A stretch of DNA of 33,466 nucleotides, taken from an uncultured bacterium. GTDB lineage: Bacteria > Patescibacteriota > Minisyncoccia > Phycocordibacterales > UBA9973. Below the pieces are notes generated by a model. The model was not told the origin of the DNA and searched no databases. It saw nothing but the letters and a program-made list of their open reading frames with translations. Below, one piece after another: positions 1-8,122 of this stretch (position 1 is its first letter; every line of letters begins with the position of its first letter). The translations under genes and the position numbers were made by a program. The stretch lies in contig CAIOXR010000054.1 of the NCBI GenBank assembly GCA_903862375.1, positions 1-33,466 on the forward strand, written 5' to 3'.

Positions 1-141
1 GTTGAGCCAAGTGAGCAGGTAGCCAAAGTCAATAAGAATAAGAATGGAGACTATACTTGTTGATACTGCGATTGTATAGATATAGAAGACTATACTTGTT
101 ATTGTCCAATGTGTGGTAGAAAGTTATCACGAGTAGACTAA
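1..141 (+). CDS. partial CDS (3' end), Cys-rich zinc-ribbon-like C-terminus
   Basis: Frame 1 is open from the window edge to TAA 139-141 with one in-frame TGA (61-63). It reads ...NKNGDYTC(G)YCDCIDIEDYTCYCPMCGRKLSRVD. The 12-nt unit gactatacttgt occurs twice. Confidence 0.4.
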
Positions 142-198
142 TCCCGAAAATAAACCAATAGGTTGGCAGTATAATAACATCTCTCAATCACATTACAA

Positions 199-363
199 TG
201 AGCTACTTCCATCAAGGATGTGATAAAAACTGCAATAGGTATCGGTTGAAATGTAGCATCGATACTGGTATAAGTCTGGACGAGATATGCGATTCAGTTC
301 GTGATGTCAAATCACTTAGCAAGGACAACAAACATCCGTGAGAGGTTAATACAGATTGGTAGG
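199..363 (+). CDS. hypothetical small Cys-rich protein (uncertain)
   Basis: ATG 199 to TAG 361-363 with one in-frame TGA: MSYFHQGCDKNCNRYRLKCSIDTG... It lacks the usual upstream U-rich motif and is GC-richer than its neighbours, so it may instead be part of a structured RNA. Confidence 0.25.
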
Positions 364-444
364 TATAAAGATAGATATAGTTAGCGATAAAATTAGGTTC
401 GACTCCTGCACGGTGCCGTTGCTATATCTATCTCTCTACTTACC
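358..444 (+). other. long imperfect stem-loop with a T-arm-like hairpin in its loop
   Basis: Arm 358-380 (ggtaggtataaagatagatatag) pairs with 422-444 (ctatatctatctctctacttacc), about 21 of 23 bp. The 41-nt loop contains tagg-TTCGACT-cctg and is followed by a T-rich tract. Confidence 0.45.
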
Positions 445-482
445 AACCAATACAATCCTTTTATCTTTTTATTATTTATGCT

Positions 483-707
483 ATGAACGAATTAACTTAT
501 GGAATGAAAGCAGTCGGATTAACATTTAATCCATCTGGAGACGAGAAAGTAACAGAAGTAAAAACACTTTGTGCTAAAGTTATTGATTTGCTTAATGAAT
601 TAAGAGCAGACCAAAGAAACGAACAGAGTAGATTATTGTCTGTCGCTATTACAGAAATGCAGACAGCTCAAATGTGGGCAGTAAAATGAATTACTTGGAA
701 AGATTAG
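483..707 (+). CDS. small helical protein, possible Acb2/Tad-type nucleotide sponge
   Basis: Track ORF 483..689 ends at a TGA. Read-through adds G-ITWKD up to TAG 705-707. Motifs GLTFNPSGD...LLNELRA...SVAITEMQTAQMWAVK(G)IT match my recollection of a common small phage helical-hairpin family. The U-rich motif lies upstream (458-471). Confidence 0.7.
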
Positions 708-714
708 TTATTCT

Positions 715-897
715 CCCCGCTAGTCCGTAAAGACTGGTGGGTGATAGACTAGGTAGTATTGGTTTCTATGCACTGATACAAGCCTATAGATTGGATAGAC
801 TATTTCGGATAGAGTCTCCCAAAAACACTATGTGAAAATCATAGAGGCATCCGACATAGGTATACGATTTTGTCCTGCTAGAGGATGTATACCTATG
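715..897 (+). ncRNA. structured non-coding region (candidate phage ncRNA or 3' UTR)
   Basis: No ORF in any code. Hairpins: 716-725/732-741 (10 bp including GU pairs), and 855-865/887-897 (perfect 11 bp) with inner stem 872-876/882-886. GATAGACTA occurs at 743-751 and 794-802. GC-richer than the surroundings. Confidence 0.3.
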
Positions 898-931
898 GAA
901 ATATAAAAAAACAAGGTAATAATCGCTAATT

Positions 932-968
932 AAAAAAACCCTCGCTATCACTAGCGGGGGCTATTTTA
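932..968 (-). terminator. rho-independent terminator ending the leftward late operon (possibly bidirectional)
   Basis: Stem ccctcgcta (939-947) / tagcggggg (952-960) with loop tcac. On the minus strand it is followed by TTTTTTT (complement of 932-938), and on the plus strand by ctatttta. Confidence 0.75.
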
Positions 969-980
969 TGTTTACTCTTA

Positions 981-1826
981 TTATTTAAGTATTTGATTAC
1001 AATCAATTATTTTTGCTAACATAATTTGCTTAGTTTCATCTATATGACTCTGGAATATACTATCATTGCTTAGTGTTTTAGATGCTGTACATAAATCTGA
1101 GATTTGCTGACAGTTAGCTCTTAGTTGTGTTGTCCTTTTTATCTTGTCTTTATCGATAGTTTCTGGTGTTTTGATAAAGAAATAAACATTACAATTATAT
1201 ACTGAGTTTTGAAATAATGCTGGTAACTGGTCTATCTTATATCTGTTATATGTATTACCAGAAGATGAATCATTTACATACATAACTCATGTATCTAACT
1301 CTTGTAATGTACAATGTCAGTAAGTAGTAGCACCAAATTTAGATCCGTTTAATTCATTATCCACCTGATAATCTTTATTATAAGCATAATTACCCTGATA
1401 ACTAAATATAGCTGGATATCATTTTTTTAATAGATCAGAATATTCTGGACTACTTCGTAATGTCTTAAAAGATATCAAATCTATCCCATTACGCTCTTTG
1501 ATAAACTTTCTTACTATATCTATCGCTCAACTAACTCATCGTGGTGTTCATGGTATATAATGTACTGTACTGGTAGCATAATCTATTAAATCTAGATAAT
1601 CTTGTGTTGTAGGTTGTATTCACGCTATATAACACGCTTGTCTATAACTATTAACAAACGTACATCATGATTTAGTTTTACTGTAAGCATACTGATTAAA
1701 TTGTGGGATTATTCATTTAGGTATATGTGGTAAACTATCTATATCTATCCCTAGATCACCAAACAAGAAATTATTTAATTTATCTGGTTCATTTATCACT
1801 CCATTAGTTTGCATAAATACTTTCAT
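981..1826 (-). CDS. Cys-peptidase-like protein (papain/C39/CHAP-type), endolysin candidate
   Basis: 281 aa. ATG 1826 to TAA 981 with no TAA/TAG in frame and several in-frame TGA; track ORF 981..1283 is its 3' part. ...KSGCTFVNSYRQACY... and ...TTYGHCTLQELD... look like a Cys/His catalytic pair. It is the last gene of the late block. Confidence 0.75.
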
Positions 1827-1835
1827 AGTTTTAAA

Positions 1836-1994
1836 TTAAGATTTAAAATCTAACCTTGCTTGTATACTCTCACGCTCATTTATCAGTTGTTTGAGTGTTT
1901 GTACGTCCAATCAAGACTGTAGTTTAAGCTCATCAATCTTACGATTAACTTCTTCTAGTTCTGTTTTTAAATTTTGTTTCTGAAATTCTAACAT
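1836..1994 (-). CDS. small coiled-coil protein
   Basis: 52 aa, MLEFQKQNLKTELEEVNRKIDELKLQSGLDVQTLKQL... The ATG overlaps the upstream stop (ACATGTTAG). An alternative in-frame ATG exists at 2036. Confidence 0.5.
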
Positions 1995-2194
1995 GTTTTC
2001 TGTAGTGTATTTAAAAGTTCTTCTGCTACCTTCCATTCTCAACCTTGCAACTTATCTAAGATAGCTAAACACAATTCGCGGTTTACACATTTACAGCGTT
2101 CTTTTATGTCTTGTTTAGTGATGATTTCGTTCTCTCAACTCATTACACTGTTTCTTTCTAAGATAGTAGGTTTGCAGTCAGTAATAGTTTTCAT
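1988..2194 (-). CDS. hypothetical small protein
   Basis: 68 aa, MKTITDCKPTILERNSVMSGENEII... Motif TTTTTAACCTTAA lies 16 nt upstream of ATG 2194. Alternative upstream ATGs at 2251 and 2257. Confidence 0.5.
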
Positions 2195-2237
2195 ATTTCG
2201 CTCGTTAAGGTTAAAAACTTTATATTCTCAGTACCCT

Positions 2238-2477
2238 CTATGTATTGTCATAGACATCTTTAGTGTGGTTATGATGTAAATTCTTAGGGAATTTATTGTT
2301 CTCTAAGTATCTTACGTTCTCTCGTTTATCCTCACATTTATGTCATTCCTTACATCTTAGACATTCAGAAATTAAGTCTTTCGCATGTACTATTACTGGT
2401 GACATACTCTCTCATCTAGGAATAAGCATGTATAATCAGTCCACCTCCTCTGGATGTAAGTTTTCACATCAAGCCAT
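2238..2477 (-). CDS. hypothetical Cys/His-rich small protein
   Basis: 79 aa, MAGCENLHPEEVDGLYMLIPRGES...SECLRCKEGHKCEDK...HHNH. Starts 1 nt after the upstream TAA. Frame checked. Confidence 0.55.
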
Positions 2478-2478
2478 C

Positions 2479-2709
2479 TTATGATTGGTAAAAATTAAAT
2501 ATTATATCTAACTCTTTCTTTATTATCTCTATAAACATTTCTTTGTTATTTTCAAATAATTCTACTAATTGTTTAGCTCATATTTCAGTACATTCAGCTA
2601 TAGCGAATCTAATGGGTTTTAATTCAGTTTCATAACAAAACTCGTTCCGTCTATTAGCGGTAGCTACTCAATAACTCTTTTTGTCTTGATAAAGTACGAG
2701 TTTCATCAT
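2479..2709 (-). CDS. hypothetical small protein
   Basis: 76 aa, MMKLVLYQDKKSYGVATANRRNEFCYETELKPIRF... Frame checked from TAA 2479 to ATG 2709. Confidence 0.55.
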
Positions 2710-2711
2710 AG

Positions 2712-3665
2712 TTAAAGTTTAATAAATTTCATCCCTATTTTAGTTCAACCTGTTTTATCTATCTCTACCTCTATTATCCAACCTCCTATAGTATTATCTA
2801 GGTTGAATCTTTTAGCAAGTAGATTCTCTTTTAAGAACGCTCAAGGTAAAAAACTATGTATCTTACGATAAAATACATATAGTGCGGTATGTCGGTGACC
2901 CGCAGCAAACACATTTGGTTGGTTCTTAGGATCTATATTCTCTAATAACTTCTGTATTTTATATGATTTTGCGTAACTCATCCCTCAACCACCATGATGT
3001 AGATTGATATCAACTCCATTAAGTTTAATCCTAGCATCATAGAACCCTAGATTGATTAAATCTTTACGTACTTCACTTATAGCTCTACTTATATCTCAAC
3101 CAGTCTTTTTTAGAAATGACTCATCATGATTTCCGCCAATAAAGTAAGTATCTAATCATATATTAGGATAACTTTTGATTATATCTTCTAGTTGTGAATC
3201 AAAACCTATTTTGTCTTGTTCATAAATCTGACCTGTATATACACTATCTCAGTCCACTATATCTCATCAGTGCATAAAACATTCTACTCAATCAGATTTC
3301 GCTATATCATAAAATTCTCAAAGTTCGTTTCTAGCACACTCTTTATTACCTAGATGAGTATCGCTAACTAATCAGAACTTTAAATATCATGGTTCTCATA
3401 TAACTTTTTCTATATTTTGTTTAGAATCTAATTTTAATCTATAAAGTATCTCTTTAAGTTGTTCTGGAGTATATTGTTGTATCAAATCTAATTTCTTTTT
3501 CTCTTGACTAGAAAAAACCTCTTTTATCTCCTCCTTTTTGTATTGATGTCTTGCTACACTAGTCTTTCCTACACCTAAGATTTTTGCTATCTCTCTCTGA
3601 CTTTTTCACTCAGATGATAACTGCTTTATCTCGTTAATCTTTCATTGTTCAAGAGGTTTTTGCAT
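2712..3665 (-). CDS. HTH domain fused to a calcineurin-like metallophosphoesterase
   Basis: 317 aa, frame checked. N-terminal HTH is SQREIAKILGVGKTSVARH. Metallophosphoesterase motifs are LVSDTHLG, MHGGDIVDG (3249-3275; three of its Gly are TGA), GGNHD, HHGG and GHRH. Confidence 0.9.
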
Positions 3666-3728
3666 ATATAATTTGTTAAATTATAAATCTATCTAAATAG
3701 TAAATATAGTAAATATAGATATCATCCA

Positions 3729-3944
3729 TTATTTAGGTAGGTTATTTCCTCTCGAATAATATTCACTTAATTTTATGAGTGAGCTTATAGCTGCACCTAA
3801 TACAAATGCTGTGGTGATTTCCTGACCAGACTGTACTGCTGTGAGTAGAGTGATAGCCATAGGTAAAAAGAAAATAGCGATGTTCTTTAACAGACTTTTG
3901 ATGTCTATCCAATTTAAACTGTTTTCTGGTGATGTTGTATCCAT
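3729..3944 (-). CDS. holin-like small membrane protein (2 TM)
   Basis: 71 aa from the track, with a genuine TAA stop. Hydrophobic segments are IAIFFLPMAITLLTAV and AFVLGAAISSLI. U-rich motif upstream. Confidence 0.7.
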   Translation of the reverse strand: MDTTSPENSLNWIDIKSLLKNIAIFFLPMAITLLTAVQSGQEITTAFVLGAAISSLIKLSEYYSRGNNLPK

Positions 3945-3978
3945 AATATATAATTAAGGAATAAAAACTACTTTAATC

Positions 3979-4115
3979 GGGTGACTGTGGGATTCTAACC
4001 CACCCTATCACATAGGCTCGTTTAACTACTACTGAGTTCTTACTCTTTTAGCTTATGATAGTTTCAGCTCCTTTTCGTTTGGCTTTGGCTTAAGATTTTG
4101 CCCAGAGCAGTCACC
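3979..4115 (-). ncRNA. tRNA-like element (acceptor stem plus T-arm mimic around a 105-nt insert)
   Basis: On the minus strand, GGTGACT (4115-4109) pairs perfectly with AGTCACC (3986-3980). Just upstream of the latter is GTGGG-TTAGAAT-CCCAC (4003-3987); the discriminator is C (3979). An internal helix is CTATCA/TGATAG. It sits in the 172-nt gap between two CDS and starts 2 nt after a TAA. Confidence 0.55.
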
Positions 4116-4116
4116 A

Positions 4117-4359
4117 TTATTTTACTACTTGTGATACCATCGCTCATATAACGGCAACAAGTATGATTCATATCAACCCTTTGATTACCCATTCTGTCCA
4201 TTTACTAGCATATTTTCTATCAAGTTTATCTAACAGGTTATCTAACTTAAAATTAGTTTCTTTCTGACATTCTTTAATTTCTGCGATGTCTTTACTCATC
4301 TGATTCTGTATTACTGATAAAGTTGTTAGCTTCTCTATTTGGATACAAGGTACTGTCAT
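4117..4359 (-). CDS. membrane-anchored coiled-coil protein (holin/spanin-like by position)
   Basis: 80 aa. Track ORF 4168..4359 extends through two TGA to TAA 4117, which creates a C-terminal TM helix: WVIKGLIGIILVAVIGAMVSQVVK. Confidence 0.7.
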
Positions 4360-4414
4360 AGTATGAGATAAAAAATAAATAATGTCGGAGAGGATAGAAC
4401 CCTCCCCTCTATGT

Positions 4415-4621
4415 TTACTCTACTACTTCTCATTCTACCTCCTTTGGTTCTCTTACTGTCTCTTCTACTGGGCTTCCTCAAGCTACTGGTGTTTCTTCTA
4501 GTACGACTTCTTTTGGTGCTTGCATTCTGTTTCTAATCTCGTTGATAATTACTTGTAAATCATTGCTTAGATCAAAGTGCATAGCTTTCAACTCTACTAG
4601 AGATAATTTTGTAATATCCAT
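4415..4621 (-). CDS. small acidic protein
   Basis: 68 aa, MDITKLSLVELKAMHFDLSNDLQVIINEIRNRMQ... with an acidic Pro/Glu/Val tail. Frame checked. Confidence 0.55.
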
Positions 4622-4671
4622 AATCAGTAATTAAAATATAAAAGTAAGTGAATTATACTCTTTTTTTCAAA

Positions 4672-4944
4672 TTATTCAAGAGGCTCTTCAATAACTGGTT
4701 CTTCTACTACTGGCGTTTCTACGATTTTAGGTTCTGGGAATGTATCCAAGAGTGCCTGTAATCCTTCGTTCTCGCTAGTTCTCACTGCGATATTAGAAGT
4801 GTAGAGAGCGATAGCTTCCTCATTTTCTCTAATCCTGTCAGTAAGTTCTTGTCTGTTGATGATTGTTTCAACGACTTTGGTTTCTTTTACATTATACTCA
4901 TCGATAGATACGATAGATGGACTAATTCATTCTTTGATTGGCAT
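4672..4944 (-). CDS. small acidic protein
   Basis: 90 aa, MPIKEGISPSIVSIDEYNVKETKVVETIINRQEL... Motif TTTTTAACCTTTAA upstream. Frame checked. Confidence 0.6.
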
Positions 4945-4970
4945 TTTAATTAAATTAAAGGTTAAAAAGG

Positions 4971-6860
4971 TTATGCTGTTGTTGGTACTGTTGTTGCTCC
5001 TGTATCTGTTAATACAATAGCCCCATTTACTAGAGATATTTTCCAGTAATTAAGACTTGTTCAAGTAGATTTAAGATATAGATTTCAACCTGTAACTACC
5101 AATCAACCAGCACTATTTAATGCTAATATATCGGCATATCCTCCTCCATTATTATCGTAACCCCAATATAATGAACCTGAAGTCGTAGCTCCTGATGTAG
5201 GTCTTACTTCATTTTTAAAATTAATAGTATTATCCGCTGCAGTAACCGTTGTATTCCACGCTCTTGCTGTAAATATTTGAGCTGGAGAATATCTAACTGG
5301 GACACCTGCCGTAGAAGCCGTATTACTTCTTATTAAAACTCCTGTATATGACGTAGTTGTAAGTCCTGCTCTATCTGATACTATCGTTCCAATAGCATTT
5401 ATGCCGCCTCTACCTGATACCGCTCCATCAAGAGTTATGTCACCTTTTATAGTAACGCCACCGTTACTACCTAAGTTCAGTATTTCTACATATCCACCAC
5501 CGTTATTGTCATATTTGAAACTTAATGAACCAGATGTAGTAGTCCCTGAAACAGGTATTACCTCTTGTCTAAAGTTAATTGAATTATCCGCAGCTGTTGC
5601 AGTTGTATTCCAAGCGTGTGCTGTGAAATCTAAAGTTGGTGAATATCTTACTGGTACACCTGCCGTTGAAGCTGTCGTTTCTTGAGCCCAAAATCCCACT
5701 GTAGAAGTAGTAGTTAAATTAGACCTATTTGAATAAACTCCTTGTATTCCAGTTATTGCTCCTGAAGCACCCAATGCACCAGTAAAATATCCAGAACCTC
5801 CAGAAGATAAATTAAACGCATTTACATACGCTGCACCAGCTCTTGAGTGGTCTATATAAAGCATATTAGAACTTGTAGCCGTTCCACTTGTTGCCTGATT
5901 ATATATTCTCCATTCACTAGCTTGGTCTACTGTCGTATCGGTTGTCCATCTGTGACCTCTGAAGTGAAGTTCTGGGGAATATTGAACGGTATTTACAGCG
6001 TCCGAAGCTGTGTCGTTGGTAAGAAGTAATCCAGCTGTATTTGTTGTTTTTATGTTGTTGTTATATATGGTCAATAATCCAGCAGATGATAAAGACATCC
6101 AGTCTGCGTAGCCACCACCATTATTATCGTAAGCCCAGTATAAAGAACCTGAAGTAGTAGCTCCACTAACTGGTCTGACTTCTTGTATAAAGTTAATAGT
6201 ATTAGAAGCTGGTGTCGTTGTATTCCACGCCCTACCTGTAAACCTTAAAGAAGGAGAATACCTAACTGGTGTTCCTACTAATGCTGCAGTACTTGAATTA
6301 AGTACAACCCCATCTGATGAAGTCGTTGTTAAGTTCGCTTGGTTAGAATTAAGAACTCCAGGGATACTTACACTTGAGCTATCTACATTAAATACCGATG
6401 CTGACGCACCACCATCTACTGCTCTACGTATATAAAACGAACCACCAGTATTTACTAAAAAGTAATTTGAATAGTGGTCTGTTGATGTCCAGTAATGAGC
6501 CTTAAAATCTAAAGTTGGTGAATTTTGAGCTGTATTTACTGCATCTGAAGCTGTATCGTTTAGTAAAAGTAATCCATCAGTATAAGCTGCAAGCAATCAA
6601 GGTCTGCTTATCGTAGGTGCTCCGCCTGTGATGGTTTGGGGCGTAGACTGATTAAGTTTTAAGAATACTGTTGGTGTAGTACCTGAGTCAAGCCAAGCGT
6701 TTGTTCCTGTATCTCGTACCCAAGTGGTATCTGTTGACCCTACAGTAGCGAACCATCAAGCCTGTCCAACAGGATAAGCTGCTGCTAACGCCGCATACGT
6801 AGCAAAATACCCTTTATCGTTGTAACTTCATCCTCAAGCATTTCATTTGATAAATTGCAT
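4971..6860 (-). CDS. tail fibre / receptor-binding protein with internal repeats
   Basis: 629 aa. Track ORF 5103..6596 extends both ways through TGA (ATG 6860, TAA 4971). The unit ..VRYSP..F..RAWNTT....N.INF..EV.P.SG.TTSGSL..YDNNGGGY occurs three times. TASDAVNT.Q.SP.L.F..H.WT occurs twice. Confidence 0.9.
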
Positions 6861-6863
6861 CTT

Positions 6864-7706
6864 TTAGTCGTTATCATTTAAAAACATTTCTTCTAGTTGT
6901 CTTAAAGCTTCGGTATCTGGGTCTTCGTTCTTTCTTGTTATCTTCATATCGTATAAACTTAATATATGACTAGGTATATCTTTAGCTAAGAAACTCTTAA
7001 ACATAGTCTCTACTTTATCGTCTAAGTCTTTTACTGGTTTAATAAATTCGTCTGGTTTATACTGACTTTTTACTTCCATACTCAACTCTTCATTCATCTT
7101 TTGTAACATCCCTGCTATATTTGATTCGATAGATTTAATCTCTTTAGTAAAGTTATCTTTTACCTCATTTATCGATTCTCAGAGCGATAATGTACCACTC
7201 TCTGTGTCTATTCCTCAGATAAGATTTTTGATGTCGTTTATTTGATTTTGTAGTTCAGTGAGAACTGGGATTACTTCGTTTTTCTCCTTTTTTGGCTTGA
7301 TATTGATAGATTTTTCTAACTTTCAGAGTATCTTTTTCACCTCTGTATCGTCATATCATTTAATCGTATCAAATTTACCTTTAATCTCGTCAAGATGTGG
7401 TTGATAGTTTTGGGTTGGGATTGCTGTCCTACCATAAGAGTATTTGAAAGAGTAGGAATCCATCTCGTTGTTCCCAAACTTATATCTTTCGTTAGCTGTC
7501 AACGAAGAGCCTCAATCTATCTGATAGAGATAAATCTTGTTCATATCATAGAGGTCAAAGTTGTATACATAGAAACCTCAAGCCAACTCAGTGAGTGCTC
7601 CATTGGTTACCATCTTATCGCCATTCTGTTGCCAGATATTGATAATAGGAGAAAGTCATAAAGCAGGTGCTCCATTATTAGTAAAGTAGGTACTTACTCT
7701 TTCCAT
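6864..7706 (-). CDS. virion/tail-associated protein with a coiled-coil C-terminal half
   Basis: 280 aa. ATG 7706 to TAA 6864, frame checked; includes track ORF 6864..7109. N-terminus is MERVSTYFTNNGAPALGLSPIINIWQQNGDKMVTNGALTELAGGFYVYNFD. Confidence 0.85.
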
Positions 7707-7719
7707 AGGTTATGGTTAA

Positions 7720-8058
7720 TTATAAAACGTGTTTTCTTAAATCTCAACAGATACCAGCCGTACTTAATGCTAGTCATCTTAGTAGTTCATCCATAGCTAT
7801 ATCTTCATTGGATTTTACCATAACCTGTATTAGTTTCTTTAGTTCCTCCTGTAGTTCATAAGCCTCAGTAGCTACAGATTCTACTGTCGATGACTTCTCT
7901 ATCTCTAGGTCTTGCTTAAGTTCATCTACTTTATGGAATACATCAAAAGCATTCTCATAAGCAGTCTCTAAGTCTTTATGAAATCAGTTTTTGTCTGTCG
8001 TCTTAGTTAGGATATGTATCTCTAAGAGACGTTTATAAATCTGGAAGATCCTATTCAT
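7720..8058 (-). CDS. hypothetical helical protein
   Basis: 112 aa, MNRIFQIYKRLLEIHILTKTTDKNGFHKDLETAYENAFDVFHKVDELKQ... Motif TTTTATCCTTAA lies 15 nt upstream. Frame checked. Confidence 0.75.
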
Positions 8059-8081
8059 AGGTATAGATTAAGGATAAAATT
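8059..8081 (-). promoter_or_regulatory. example of the recurrent U-rich pre-start motif (TTTTATCCTTAA, then 11 nt, then ATG)
   Basis: The minus strand reads aaTTTTATCCTTAAtctatacctATG. The same pattern precedes most genes on both strands. Confidence 0.5.
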
Positions 8082-8122
8082 ATTTTCTTTTTCATCATTT
8101 CTTAGTTCAACAAGACATTGTA

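Noticed and set aside
396-418. GGTTCGACTCC T-loop consensus as evidence for a tRNA or tmRNA gene
   Set aside because: No complementary acceptor strand (gcaccgt) occurs nearby, and the T-stem has only 4 bp. It is reported only as part of the long hairpin.
3699-3718. Tandem 9-mer agtaaatat (2.2 copies) between the metallophosphoesterase and holin-like genes
   Set aside because: Too short and too AT-rich to distinguish from chance slippage. It is not CRISPR-like, with no spacers or further repeats.
3979-4115. A canonical tRNA (for example a suppressor or Gly-UCA tRNA), tmRNA, or attP tRNA fragment
   Set aside because: The body between acceptor and T-arm is 105 nt with no D or anticodon arm that I can fold. 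The T-loop is non-consensus and there is no G3:U70. No integrase is present in the window, and the 5' acceptor strand is present too, so a bare attP 3' fragment is unlikely. It is kept as a tRNA-like ncRNA finding.
4971-6860. Diversity-generating retroelement or phase-variation cassette acting on the repeated fibre modules
   Set aside because: No reverse transcriptase, template repeat with adenine-specific differences, or invertase is present in the window. The repeats are in-frame protein domain duplications.
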